A stretch of DNA of 64,000 bases from Octopus vulgaris (taxonomy: Eukaryota), in the NCBI GenBank assembly GCA_951406725.2, contig OX597823.1, positions 78,306,001 through 78,370,000 on the forward strand, read 5' to 3'. The number at the start of each line of letters is the position of its first letter. Position 1 is the first letter of the stretch. Made by a program: the position numbers and the translations under genes. This document shows, in pieces, positions 1-13,489 of the stretch. Below the pieces are notes generated by a model. It saw only the letters and a program-made list of their open reading frames with translations. It did not search any database and was not told where the DNA came from.

Positions 1-437
1 AGTTCTTTGCAGTCTCTTTCCCATATAACAGGCATACTATATTCCAAACTATATCTGGCATATAATATTGGTCATTGTTGCATTGCCATTTAGACATTTA
101 GTTTGTAGAGCATTCTTCTTAATATGGGCATTTCTCTGAGGTTCTTCGACAGATTGTGTAATGAGAACAAGGTAATTTCATCATCATTTTAACATTCACT
201 TTTGAGTTTACTGAAGCAAATTTTCTGTAACTGGATGACCTTCCTGTCACCTACCCTCACCTATTTCCAAGTAAGGCAATACTCACCCATGGCCCGACAT
301 GATTTCACTTTTAATAATGGAAGGCAAGGTTTACAATATTGGAAGAATATTGTCTTCTTCCATCATTCCTTTTTGTTCTTTATGTAGTTCTATATATATA
401 TATATACATAATATATATATATAGATAGATAGATAGC

Positions 438-830
438 TCATCATCATCATTTAACGTCTGTTTTCCATGATGGCATGGGTTGGACAGTTTGATTGAGGTC
501 TGGAAAGCTAGCGGCTGCACCAGGCTCCAATCTGATCTGGCAATGTTTCTACAGCTGGATGTTCTTCTTAATGCCAACCACTCAGAGAGTGTAGCAGGTA
601 CTTTTTCCATGCCATTAGCACAGGAGTCAGTCAAGCAGACCTGATATCGATCACATTTGGATGGTGCTTTTTACATGCCACCGACTCAGGAACCAGTCAG
701 GGGGCACTGGCACTGACCACATTCGGATGGTGCTCTTTACATGCTACCGGCACAGGGGCCAGTCAGGCAGCCCTGGAGCAATCACATTCAGATGGTACTT
801 TTTACATGCCACCAGCATGGGACAAGCCCG
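438..830 (-). mobile_element. RTE-LINE 3' UTR-derived repeat
   Basis: Reverse complement of the 3' UTR and (GAT)n tail that follows the RTE ORF remnant at 23497-24455 (catcatcatttaacgtc...ccatg...gggttggac). Confidence 0.7.
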
Positions 831-1615
831 TTGCAGATGCATCTTGTTACACTTTACTTTTAGTCAGAAGACAAAACATTTTGTTGATTTTTATCTAGCT
901 GTTCCATCTGACATCATTGAATGTTCTGCATGGGCATCCATAGGTTTGGGCTTGTAGAAAAATCCAGGACTGAGAAAGATTTCTAGCAGGCAAAAAACTT
1001 CTAGATTGCAAATAATAGTTCTGAGGTAGAATAATTGTGCAATATCTTTTTAGTATGACAGTGATATAAATATTAGCAGCACTGAATAATTTAGTGTTTC
1101 ATTAGCTTTCATTGCTGAGCTCAAATACTATCAGAGGCTTAGCTTTGGAAGCTATTCTCTTAAAATCATTAGCGGTGATCAACGACTAATGCATGCATTT
1201 GATTGGGGAAAATTGATATTGATTTATGTTGGTGAATGTCTACAAGTGTATGCTTTGTACACACACATACATATAGAGGAAGAAAATAACTGGCAAAAAT
1301 ATATATAGGTAATATTGTATTCATAATCCAGCATTGTACACAACTGAAGCAGTGTTGAATTAAGATATTTGTCTAGGTATTAATGTATGTACACCATTGA
1401 GAGGCAAATTACTGCAGTGTTCATCTGAGATGAAATATCTTAAATTTTTGCTGATTCAGCTCCTTGCAACTTACAGTTGTGTAGCTTTGTAGAGCAAACC
1501 TACAAAATTTGAAGCTAAATGGAGCCGAGTTAAGCTTTTATTTACTAATATATGTAACTCTTACCAAATGTGTTTAGTGCCACTTTTTTTGTTTGTCTAC
1601 TCACTCATGTATAGA

Positions 1616-1663
<48 letters not shown>

Positions 1664-1699
1664 GTGTATGTACGTGTGTGTATATGTTTGTGTGTCTGT

Positions 1700-1897
1700 G
1701 TTTGTCCCAACAACATTGCTTGACAACTGATGCTGGTGTGTCTATGTCCCCATAACTTAGCAGTTCGGCAAAAGAGACCGATAGAATAAGTACTAGGCTT
1801 ACAAAGAATAAGTTCAGGGGTTGATTTGCTCAACTAAAGGTGGTGCACCAGCATGGCTACAGTCAAATGACTGAAACATGCAAAAGAGTAAAAGAGT
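1700..1897 (+). mobile_element. SINE family B, 3' half
   Basis: cttgacaactgatgctggtg...gcaaaagagaccgatagaataagtactagg...cagtcaaatgactgaaac, shared with many copies in the window. Confidence 0.75.
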
Positions 1898-2307
1898 ATA
1901 CAGCTATTTATTTATTTATTTATCTGACTGTCTGTCTATCGTTCTATACACAAATACACATATACATACATACATACATGTGTGTGTGTGTGCATATGTA
2001 TATATCTGTATGTATGTATGTATGCGTGTGTTTGTGTGTACCCATGTCTAGATAGCACATGGTGATTGTAGATAAGCATCATCATCACATAAGTGAGCTT
2101 GTTTGTTTCCAGTCTTCTGTGAAAAGCCTGTCTTGTAATAGGAAAACACGATCCTGCTTGGAAATATCTGAGTGTTGTCAGCAAGAAAGACATCCAACTA
2201 TAAAACCTCTGCCTCAGCAAATTCCATCTGAACCATGCAAGCATGGAAAATGGGATTTAAATGATGATGGTACCATATTTATATTGTATTTATATTTATG
2301 AGTATCT

Positions 2308-2533
2308 AAGGCGGCAATCTGGCAGAAACGTTAGCACGCCGGGCGAAATGCGTAGCTGTATTTCATCTGTCGTTACGTTCCGAGTTCAAGTTCCGCCGAG
2401 GTCAACTTTGCCTTTCATCCTTTCGGGGTCGATAATTTAAGTACCAGTTACGCACTGGGGTTGGTATAATCGACTTAATCCCTTTGTCTGTCCTTGTTTG
2501 TCCCCTCTGTGTTTAGCCCCTTGTGAAAAAAAA
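2308..2533 (+). mobile_element. tRNA-derived SINE family A with 14-bp TSD
   Basis: ggcggc..ctggcagaa (A box) ...gagttcaagttcc (B box) ...ctttgcctttcatcctttcggggtcgat; TSD atttatgagta(t/c)ct at 2294-2307 and 2534-2547. Confidence 0.85.
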
Positions 2534-2568
2534 ATTTATGAGTACCTTTTTTTTTTTTTCTGTTTCAG

Positions 2569-2783
2569 TTGTAAAGCAACAGATTATTTAGAAATTTACC
2601 AACAGCTAGAAGGACCTAACAACTATTCTGTAATCCGACGTTACTGTGGAAAAAACAATCCTGGTCCAATCCTAACCGAGAAAGGAGTGAAGATTTTGTT
2701 TCACTCTGATGACGATGGAACAGACATGGGTTTCCGTGCCAGATACAAATTTATTCGAAAAGATGAAGTAAATAAAGATACAG
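2569..2783 (+). CDS. Internal coding exon, C-terminal half of a CUB domain (CUB-domain extracellular protein, cubilin/tolloid/SOL-1-like)
   Basis: Poly-T tract then tttcag acceptor at 2567-2568; G|gtaagt donor at 2784. Reads CKATDYLEIY...RRYCGKNNPGPI...VKILFHSDDDGTDMGFRARYKF, matching the CUB motifs DYLEI, RYCG, F.SD and GF.A.Y. Confidence 0.93.
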
Positions 2784-2843
2784 GTAAGTAACAAGTGATA
2801 TTACAAAATGTTTCTGTAAACAGTCTTTGGGGCTTCTTTTCAA

Positions 2844-3067
2844 CCCTTTCATTACCAGCCCGGCTGAAACCGCCTCTGGCTCTGTAGTACAAATGTCTTG
2901 TTTTCATGAGTTTTTAATTAAAATCTTCCACCAAACCTTAATCACAATTTATGTTCCTAACACTTAGCTTAATGATAACTGAGTTATTTTACTGAATTCT
3001 TTTTGTTATATTTAAAGTAATTGAAAGAAACTCCGAGCATCTCAACAGAAATATGGTAACGAAAGGG
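2844..3067. mobile_element. piggyBac-type MITE
   Basis: TIRs ccctttcattacca / tggtaacgaaaggg, flanked by tcaa / ttaa (TTAA-like target). Confidence 0.7.
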
Positions 3068-3099
3068 TTAAGTGGAATTTAGCACAAAATTTCAGATAG

Positions 3100-3480
3100 A
3101 GGTAGATATGGCTGAGTGGTAAGAAGTTTACCTCCAAATCACATGGTTCTGAGTTCGGTCCCTTGAGCAAATATCTTCTACTACAGCCTAAGGCCATCCA
3201 AATCCTTTTGAGTGGATTTAGCAGATAAAAACTGTGTGGAAGCCCATCACATATATACATGCATACATATGTATGTTTGTGTCTGTCCCTACCATCACCT
3301 GGCAACCACAGTTGGTTTCTTTATGTTCCCCATAACTTAGCAGTTCAGCAAAAGAGACCACTAGAGTAAGTACCAGACTTTAAAAAGAAAGAAGTACAGC
3401 AGTTTATTTGTTTGATTAAAATCTCTCAAGATGGTGCCCCAGCATGGCCATAGTCCGGCAACTGAAACAAGTAAAAGATA
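3100..3480 (+). mobile_element. tRNA-derived SINE family B, near full length
   Basis: tggctgagtggtaag (A box) ...gagttcggtccc (B box) ...cagcatggcc...ctgaaacaagtaaaag tail. Confidence 0.75.
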
Positions 3481-3954
3481 ACAGAAGACGTGTTTAGCTA
3501 AAATTCCTGTCTATGTTATTCCATATTTCTCTTGTCTCTTAAATCAAATGTTTCTTGTCAAACTATTCTAATGCAATCAATGTATGCTGACCAGACTATC
3601 TCTAATTCACAGTCTGTCAACTCTAATGAACTCAAAAAAAATCACTTATGTTTCAAACATTCTTCCTTCTGAGCAATGATATCACCTCTCTGTTGCTTTT
3701 TAAAAAAACACATTAAAATGATAACTCTTTCTTAAAAATCACACATGCACACACACACACACACTGATTCTAGAGATTCTGTGCTTGACACAGACTGCCT
3801 CTAAGGACAAAGATCTTGATACCATCTTGCAATATGACTACAGTAATCCCTTGCCATATTACGGTTCACCTATTGCAGTTTATTATTCAAGCTTATATTG
3901 ATTCCACAGTGTTGCTGTTTTGCATTTATAATAAAATAAATCGAAGTCAAATTT

Positions 3955-4346
3955 GATGACTGGCATCCGTGCTAGTGGAGCGCTAAGAGCAACATCTGAG
4001 CGCAATCGTTGCCAGAGCAGCCAACTGGCTTCCGTGCCAGTGGCATGTAAAATGCACCATTCAAGCATGCATGATCATTACCAGCATTGCCTTACTGTCA
4101 CTTGTGCTGGTGGCACAATGAAAAAATATTTGAGCAAGGTCGTTGCTAGTGCCACTGGACTGGCTCCTGTGCAGGTGGCATGTAAAAAACACCATTTGAG
4201 CATTGCTATTGCCAGTACTGCCTGACTGGCCCTCATGCCAGTGGTACATAAAAGTACCCACTACACTCTCGGAGTGGTTAGCGTTAGGAAGGGCATCTAG
4301 CTGTAGAAACTCTGCCAGATCAAGATTGGAGCCTGGTGCAGCCATC
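3955..4346 (+). mobile_element. RTE-LINE 3' UTR-derived repeat with internal imperfect subrepeats
   Basis: Repeated ggtggca(c/t)gtaaaaa..caccatt subunits and cccactacactctcggagtggttagcgttaggaagggcatc; homologous to 10900-11178 and 24100-24455. Confidence 0.7.
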
Positions 4347-5468
4347 TGTCAAATCTATATATATATATATATATATAAACATTGGTGAAAAAAAACTGAT
4401 AAACCACTGCCCTTCAAACAAAAATCCCTTATAGTATTTGTTCCTTCCAAATTGCATAGACAATCCCTTTTACCTCTCACCATCTTACATGCACTGAGTT
4501 AGCAATTAGATATTTTGAAGCATGTCACCAATGACACTTCATTTTCACAAAATGCAATATAAAATAAAATAAGCATTAAAGAAACATCTGCCATTACTCC
4601 AAGAATTGTGATTTATCAGTGCTTGTACAGCAACATGTTAAAAAAAGATAACACTGATGATTTGTTATGAGAGAGAATGAAACTTTCACAACATTTGCTT
4701 GTAAGTTTCATTGAACATTCAGTATTTCAAAAATTGTTGGGTGGATGGAGGCAGAATGTTTATTAAGAGGGATTGGTTCAGCTAGATATATAAATGTCAC
4801 AAAAAGCATTCGTTTCTTGGTAAGACCACAAGAAAAGCTCGTTGCAGAAAACATGTTAGCTTGCTAATGAGTTAGGCAATTACATAATGCAGATATGGAA
4901 AAAGGTGAAACTTTACTTTTAGGATTCGTTACAACAACACAACGTTTGTTGTTATAGGTTTAGATTTTCTTCATTCATTTAATTAATTTGATATTATGAG
5001 ATGATAATTAGCTTGTCAGCTTGATTAAAAAATATGGCAGTTTTAGTGGAGGAAGAAGAGGAGTAGGAGGCGGTGGTGGTGGTGGTGGGGGCAGCAGCAG
5101 TGGCAGCGATGGTGGGGCTAATAATACTGGAATCTAATTAACTACATTACGAAGGCAGTTGAGGATATGAGAACAAGACAGCTGGTACTGTTCCAGATTG
5201 TGGTGTTGCAGATGGATGCTACATATCCTTTGAGAATTTATATATGTTACTTACTATGCGACGTGATTTTGTAACAATAATGTTAATTGTTACAGGTAAC
5301 TAATGAGCCAATCACTAGTTCATTGCGTTTCTGACAGTAGGTGTGTGTGACAGGAAAGCATCTTGGTACCTTGGTGCTGAGCAAATATCAACAGGGGTCC
5401 TCGTTTGAAGAGCACTGGCTTTCTGAGTTTCTCACTGATATTTTCATCCTTTGCCAGTATACAGCACA

Positions 5469-5640
5469 TACCATATTTTCACATGTATAAGAAATCCTTT
5501 TTTGTCAAAAATTAGGTTTAAAAAGTATGGGAGTTTCTTATATATGGATAGTATTATAATCCCTTACAAAACCTTTTTCCAAATTTTAAGCCTAAAAAAT
5601 TAGGGGGGTTCGTTATATACAAGGGTTCCTTATAGGAGGT
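5469..5640. mobile_element. Truncated Tc1/mariner (pogo/Tc2-like) MITE fragment
   Basis: Begins ta-ccatattttcacatgtataag, a terminus type similar to the MITE at 46053; no intact second end seen. Confidence 0.4.
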
Positions 5641-5644
5641 TCCC

Positions 5645-5827
5645 CCCCACAACATCGCTTGACAACTGATGCTGGTGTGTTTACATCCCTATAACTAGCG
5701 GTTCAGCAAAAGAGACTGATAGAATAAGTACTAGGCTTCCAAATAATAAGTCCTGGGATCGATTTGCTCGACTAAAGGTGGTGATCCTGCATGGCCACAG
5801 TCAAATGACTGAAACAAGTAAAAGAGT
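5645..5827 (+). mobile_element. SINE family B, 3' half
   Basis: Near-identical to 1700-1897. Confidence 0.75.
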
Positions 5828-6401
5828 ATGTATATATGTAATCACCAATATGCACAAATGTATATATACACAGGTATATATATAATATATACATAATAAT
5901 TTAAGGGAAGAAAGAAGTCAAACTGACATTATGATCGTTTCCATAAATGAACTATTCGTAATTTATCCCATACACAATGATGTAATACGTGCTATAATAT
6001 ATAGAAATATGCAATAATCATCTTTTAGTTTGTTCACATCCTCAGGTATCTTGATTTGGAAACATGATTAATCTATTCAATAAGCTTGCAATGCATTCTT
6101 CTGGTCCTGTCAACAACATGCAAATAAAGTGAACACTCAATTCTCTCATTTGATATATGCTAAAATATTTAAGACAATTAATCATACTAAAAGATACAGA
6201 AATCAAAATAAAATAAACACAAAAAAGCTAATTAGATAACAGCCAAGATTATAATCATCCCGTCAACCTACACACATGCACTCACTCACTCTCTCTCTCT
6301 TTCTCACAAACACACACATACGTATGTATGTATATATGTATGTATATGATGGATTTCTTCACAGTTTCTATCTGCCAAATTTTCCTATTACTACTTGCTT
6401 A

Positions 6402-6635
6402 GAAGGCAGCAAGCTGGCAGAAATGTAAGCATGCCGGGCAAAATGCTTAGCGGTATTTCATCTGTCGTTACGTTCTGAGTTCAAATTCCGCTGAGGTCGA
6501 CTTTGTCTTTCATCCTTTCAGGGTCGATAAATAAAGTACCAGTTTCGCACTGGGGTCGATGTAATCGACTTAATCCCTTTGTCTGTCCTTGTTTGTCCCC
6601 TCTGTGTTTGGCCACTTGTGGGCATTAAAGAAATA
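6402..6635 (+). mobile_element. SINE family A, full length, with 16-bp TSD
   Basis: Perfect TSD tattactacttgctta at 6386-6401 and 6636-6651; A and B boxes; tail ttgtgggcattaaagaaata. Confidence 0.9.
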
Positions 6636-9329
6636 TATTACTACTTGCTTAAATTATCATACTGTGGAATCTAACCATAACCACATGGTTACAAAATGAG
6701 CTTCTTACCCACAGAGCCATGCCTACACCTATATAAAATAAAAACTTTACCAGGTGTGCTCGTTTCATCTTTTTCCCATACAGTGCACCTATAGGCCTAT
6801 TATTCAACATGCTCTTTCTTTGTAAGACAATAGGTTGTGATTTGAGAGAGATTAACTCCAAGTTCAAATTGGACAAACAACTCAGTAGACAGTCTCTGGT
6901 TGCCTTACTATGTCTCTTATTCTCTAATATGATGAAAAATAAAATTAAAAAATGTCTTTACAGTTGAATTGATAATTAGCTTTTAAAAGTTGCTAAAGAT
7001 AAAAATAGAAGAGGGTAAGTAGTGGTGTTAATATCTACAACCATTCTACTATTTCTGTTGTACATTCTGGCCACGGAATTTAAATGCAATTAACCAAGGG
7101 AATCGTCTCTCTTTACTGATTATTTGGCTCTTAGAGCTGAATCATTACGGGATCAGTGGAGAAGTGGACTTCAATGGAATATATTTTTATTCATTCATCT
7201 ATTTATTCAAATGGCTTGGTTTCAAGGAAACTATTGTAATCAAAGCTTTCACAGTTCCTCTGAGGCCAATGACATCGGTCTGGTTAATGCTATTTTCTTG
7301 AACAGCTGCAGAAAATACATATTTAAAAAGTAGGAGTATCACCCCTCTAGAGAAAGGTGACATTTTGGAAATAAGGTCTGGGGAATGGGGTTAGAGTATG
7401 AACTTGGATGGGGTAAAAAGAGGTAGAGACAAGGGAATTGAACAAGTCACAGCTGAAGTGATGCAAGACCAACCACAACTACCAGGGATCAAAGGTCACT
7501 GTAGTAGTGACAGACAATGTAGAATAATGAGACAGAGCTGTATGAAAGAGCTGTGTTGGTTGGTGGTCGTGGTGGGGGTCATGCTGGTTTTGAACTATGT
7601 ATGAAGTTGGTAATTGTTGAGAGCTGAAGTATATTTTGGTCTTAGAGAAGGATACTTGTTTCTGCTATGATGAGGATGTAAGAATAGGACAACAGTGATA
7701 CTGTGGAAGAGTATTTGTAGTGACTTTATTTTGAAAATAATTACGGAGATGATCAAATTATTAGTTAATAGAGAAATCCTCTACCTGGTCATTTGACCAG
7801 CTATAAATAAGAGTCAAATTTCCCTTGTATCTTTCAACACTGTCTTCAAAAAGAAAGGGAATTAGTCAATAATGTCCTAAATGCCGTATATTTAAGGAGG
7901 AAAAAATGCCATGGAATAGGCTTCATTTGAATACCTTTGATCTTAGGTCTGCTGTGCTAAGGTTACCTGAAAAACAACACTAGTTTATTAGAAAGATATG
8001 GAACAGCCAGTTATAAGAAGGTGTAAACAATGGATACACAAGAGATGCATTGGAATTTATGATAGGCTGACAGTAAATAATTTTGAATGCACCTGTTACA
8101 TATCATTTGTAGGTGAAGACAGTAAGCTACTTGCTATAATACATAATTTATATATGTAGATATGTTATATGGTTTACTAGAATATAGATAGATATATAAT
8201 GCATCAATTTCCATAAATTACTAGCTACAAATTAAAGGTCTGCCATTATCCATTTGCTTTTATTAATATTTCAAATTTGATATCAGTTTTGGTGGTGGAA
8301 ATTTAAGAACAAGCGACATTGGCAGTAGAACTAAAATCTGTATAGAAATAACCTTTTCAAAGTATGAATATTAAATGCAATTGTGTCCAAATTGATGATG
8401 CCAAATGAGATCATAAAAGAACGGTACATTTTAAATGAAATAAATCAACAGCTCACAAAACAAGGATTGTATTTGATTAATATTTATTAAAATCTTGAAT
8501 TCTTTCTGTATGACTGAATAGCTCTTTTATTTCCAAAAATGGTAATCTAATACCTACTTTGAGAAACATTAATTTCATATTTAACATGATTTGAAACCAC
8601 TTCTGCTAATTTCTATTTTTTTTGTTTTAATTTTTAATTTTTTTTTTCTGATTTTTAAAATTACTTTCTGCTCTGTTAAACGTATTATATTCAGTGACAT
8701 GCATTTCCTGATTTATGTAAATCTGACATAACTACATCATAGATTTTCAAGATCAAAAGAAATGCCAAAACTAGAATCTGCTTGTCAATATAATTAGAAA
8801 TATTAAATTTCTTTCCTTCTCGTGTTTTTTTACTTTTTGGCTCTTTCATGAATTTTATAGAAATACATTGAAGAATAAACAACTTGCGACTGTGCATAAG
8901 ACTAAGTTTTTAATTTCTTAAATATGAAATTTAATTTCATTGTACTACTAGGTTATGTGTGCCTTATTTCTCTATAAGACTATTAACAAATGTTGTAGTC
9001 TTATAACAATGGATTGAGACAAGATATATTTTTTAAAATTTATAATGAGTTAGACAAGTGTCAGAGCTGTGTGTGAGTGTGTGTTTGTGTGTGTGTGTGA
9101 AAAAAAAATATATGTATATATGTATATATATACAGTCCATTTTAAACGAAACAGGAAGAGACACATGATGGGGAGTCACTGAAGAGGGCGGGGTTATAGG
9201 ATATGTGATGAAAGATTTAAGAGAAAAGTCATTAGAATAACAATAATTATAAAGTTGAAGTGAAGACCAAGTATATAGTGCATGTATTTAATTGGCAAAA
9301 ATGTGACCACCCCTAAATATAACAATAAT

Positions 9330-9631
9330 TATGGATCTTTTCACTTTGACCGGCAGATTTTTAAAATAGTTTCTTTGTAACTAAACACTTTTAAATTTCG
9401 TATACTGGTAGAATGTGTTACATAAAACATCATTTTCTCTTGGCTTTCTTGAGAAAATTCTGTAGTTTGTAAGCTATTTGTTGTTTAATTTCTTGCATTT
9501 CGGCAATTTCAACCAATCAATGACATCTATTGAGGTGAATACAATTTCTCCGGTTCTTTGTCAACAACATTTTCTGGTGGTTACAAAGAAATTATTTTAA
9601 AAATCTGCTGGTCAAAGTGAAAATATCCATA
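9330..9631. mobile_element. MITE with about 50-bp terminal inverted repeats
   Basis: tatggatcttttcactttgaccggcagatttttaaaatagtttctttgtaac versus gttacaaagaaattattttaaaaatctgctggtcaaagtgaaaatatccata. Confidence 0.85.
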
Positions 9632-9683
<52 letters not shown>

Positions 9684-10447
9684 TATACACATACACATAC
9701 ACACACATATATATGTATCTATATATGAAGCAAAGAAAACCGATAACAGCCTGATCTAGCTATTGTTCATAAAGAAGCCAGTACTCACCACCAAATCACC
9801 AAACAGTATCACTTTATGTAATTTGATAAACTGTTTAGTAAACTAGAAACTGAAACCAAATCTTCATCAAATCATACCAACCAGGTTAAAAATGGGAAGG
9901 ACACATTGTTTGGATGATGTTAAACATTTCTATGTACATTAAATTTTAAAAAGCTGCGACAGTCACATCCATAGAAATGCTTTAAGTGTAGGTTTGCTCA
10001 ATCCAGTCTGGCCTAACACTAAACACCAACATATATCCAACTCTAGAATTAATTTAGTATTGAGCTGATAGTATTCATTAATTACTCATTGCATTCCTTC
10101 TTCAATGCATCCAATGAGAAACTTTTTCAAACTTTCCCCATTTATCTGTCACCACTAAAATGGAATCTGAAAAATGAGATGATTTTAAAATTTTAATTCA
10201 GACAGCTTCACTGTAATTAATAGAGGTACAAAAGTTTAATTTGTTTCTAAAAATTACTTAACTAATTAATCTTCATCACCCTCCTGCATCATTTAATTAA
10301 TGCCTTCTTTTTCACATACTACATACACTTCTCATAGACTACTATCTATATTCTTAATTACACATCCCAGGAATAAGACACCTGATGACAATCAGATGTC
10401 AAACTGATTGGAATATGATGTTGACATCTCTTTCTCCTTTCTCTGTA

Positions 10448-10478
<31 letters not shown>

Positions 10479-10899
10479 ATATTTACGAGTGAGTGGCCAA
10501 ACAAAAGAACTCATTTATTGAGAGTTACATGTATGGATCAAAACAGGCTCATTCAAATTCCTAAATACTCTGAGTTTCAAAGCATGATGCTAATTCTCAG
10601 CCACTGGAAATTTGAATCTCCAATGGCTGAGGATTAGTATCATATGTTGAAACTTCATCAGGACCCTTCATCAGTTGTTGGCTGTCTATCTACTCCTCAT
10701 TTAAAGCATTCATACAACAATATGAGTCTTCAAAGACAGTAGCTCCCATAAATTCTAAAATATAATTTAGGATTTATGGAGGGTCAAAGTTGGGAACAAA
10801 AAAAATAACAGACAAGAAGAGTCATTAGACCTGAAATATATATATATATATTATATTATATTATATTATTCTCTCTAGTAGATTATTTATTTAACTCTT

Positions 10900-11178
10900 A
10901 TTCGAGTGTGATCCTTACCAGCATCGCCTTACTGACACTTGTGCTGGTGGCACATGAAAAATATTCAAGCGACGTTGTTGCCAGTGCTGCTGGACTGGCT
11001 CCTGTGCAGGTGGCACGTAAAAAAACACCATTTGAGCGTGGACATTGCCAGTACCACCTGGCTGGCCCTCGTGCCGGAGGCACATAAAAACACTTGCTAC
11101 ACTCTCGGAGTGGTTGGCATTAGGAAGGGCATCCAGCAGTAAGATCTCTTCCAGATCAGACAGGATAGGTGCAGCCAA
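10900..11178 (+). mobile_element. RTE-LINE 3' UTR-derived repeat
   Basis: Close match to 4063-4345. Confidence 0.7.
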
Positions 11179-12816
11179 TCCTTGTTTCTAACACTAGAAG
11201 TAGTATAATCAATTGTAAAAAAAAATAAAATAAAATAACTGGTTCAAATTGTAAATTCCCAATCAAAGTTTGTCCATACATCATCCTGTGAAGCACCTCA
11301 GCGCTTCATCAGTGATGTTTCCTGGAGTCATTCAATATTTTGGGTCTTTCAACATCAGAACACCCTAACCCAGGTGATCCAGCTGGGATTAATCAAGCAC
11401 CAACTTCAGTTGAGTTAGTAATATCCCTGGTAGCATTACCTTTTCCAATGCACACATCTGATCTGCATCTACCTTGAGCTAACCTCTACTGCCTCCATAG
11501 GCAGCCTAATGTCCTTCTGTCTATTGACTTCCGTGATACCAGCCATGCTGTCAGCTCTGAAGAGGGACTGGCTTGCAAACCCTATGCATCATACCACAAT
11601 GGGAACACGCCTCACTAGCCATTCATTAGTATGACATAGCTTCACTAGTTCAGCATCTTTACTCCTCTTAATCTCAATTGCCTCCTTGACATTTCTTCCT
11701 ATTTAAATGTAACACTGCTTCTATGAACTTATTTTGAAGCAGACATTTCCTTTCTCCAGTTTTGGCCTTATAATATTGCACCTTACCTTCTAGATCCCAT
11801 GGCATTCAATCAGATTCTTAATTCCTATCAATACCATTCTTTCCAACTAAAAAATAACCATATTGGTGCTACAGTACCAATATTACTCTTCTAAAATGAG
11901 AGAGTCTCTGCTGTTCTAGTTCTATTTTTATTTCTTAGACTAAAAAAATTAAACTGTATTTTATAACTTTTATAAAATTATTTTCTGTTCTTTTTCTTAT
12001 TACTTTGTGTCATATTATTTTGGTTTTTTATTATTGCAATTTTATATTGAAATATTTCAAGGGAGTGCTGATTTAGACTGAAAAATGTTTATTTTGAGAT
12101 TAGGCTTGTGCTTTCTTTTTCTAAACCGTCATCAGTTACAGATATGGATTGAGTGAAAAGTTGTTAAGTATGAATAATGAGAAATATCTAGACTAATTTC
12201 TCTTCGTTATTAATCAGACTTTAAAGATGATAAAAAGAAAAAATAGTAAACTAACTGCAATTGTGACAAGGTCATATTCCCATATTTGTATTCCCTCTCC
12301 TAATGCAGTACCATATTTTAATATAATTTATGAGTTTTATCAAATCTTCAAACATTGTTTTCTTAATTTAGATACAATTTCTCAAAATTTTAAAGCCTTA
12401 TTTGCTATATTTGTTTTGTATTTGTTTTGAATTTTTTAAAAAATTTCTTTTTTTAAAAATTAAATATTTTACTCACTTTAATTAAACTTCTGAGTCCTCA
12501 CTATTTTCCGAGAAGTGATTGCAAAGCTATTTATCAAATTTGTTTTTCTTCATTCTTATCTGCAATGCTTTTACATAAATGAAAACAATTCAGATGAGAA
12601 TCAGAAAAGTTTGATAAATTGTTCAAAATTGATTGTATTTGAAAAATTAAAAAAATTTTTTTTTTAAGGAGAGAGAGAGAGAGAGAGAGAGTGAGAGAGA
12701 AAGATACAGAGAGAGAGAGAGAAAGAGATGAAGAAAATAGAGACAAAACATTAAAACATTATTATATTCCTTGATGATAATCTTGTTTTTTTTTTGTTTT
12801 TTTTTACCCTTTGTAG

Positions 12817-13008
12817 ATTGCAGCAACACTGAATTAGTCAATGATAGATGGGGAGGTTTAATCCAGAGTCCAGAATATCCTTTAAAATATAAACCAGTTA
12901 CACATTGTGAATGGCAAATCCAAGCATCTTCAAACAACAGTAAAATTTTACTTCAGTTTACAGTTTTTAAATTAGAAGGCCCAAGTAGTCCAGACCAAAA
13001 GGAAAACA
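12817..13008 (+). CDS. Internal coding exon, N-terminal half of the next CUB domain
   Basis: Poly-T tract then ttgtag acceptor; A|gtgagt donor. The phase-1 join with the previous exon gives G+AT = Asp. Reads DCSNTELVNDRWGGLIQSPEYPLKYKPVTHCEWQIQASSNNSKILLQFTVFKLEG (CUB motifs G.I.SP.YP..Y, C.W.I, I.L.F..F.LE). Confidence 0.93.
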
Positions 13009-13458
13009 GTGAGTATTTTCTCTTGATTTTATTAATATTATTATTGTTGTTGTTGTTGTTGTTGTTATTATTATCATCATTATCATTGTTATTATTGTTG
13101 TTGTTGATATTGTTATTATTATTATTGAAAGCAGCTAGCAGGCACAATTATTACTGCATAAAGTAAAACGCTTTGCAGCATTTTTTCTTTGCATTCTGAG
13201 TTCAAATCCTGCCAAGGTCAACTTTAACTTCCATCTTTTCTGGCTTAATGTACCAGTTAAATACTGGGGCCTATGAAATCGAATATCCCCTTTTCTCCTA
13301 TATTTCAGGCCTTGTGCCTATAGCAGAAGGAATTTGAACTCAGAATGTAAAGACAGACAAAATGTCACTAAGCATTTTGCTTTGCCCCAGGTGTTAACAA
13401 TTCTGCCAGCTCACAACCTTATTAATAATAATAATCATTGTCATCATCATCATTATTG

Positions 13459-13489
<31 letters not shown>

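Noticed and set aside
11285-11315. Minus-strand CTGATGA followed by the hairpin agcgc-tgag-gtgct
   Set aside because: No GAAA box or stems I and III; not a hammerhead.
13009-13166. Poly-Leu tail of ORF 12771-13166 resembling a transmembrane helix
   Set aside because: Lies after the gtgagt donor; it is an intronic (TTA/TTG)n microsatellite.
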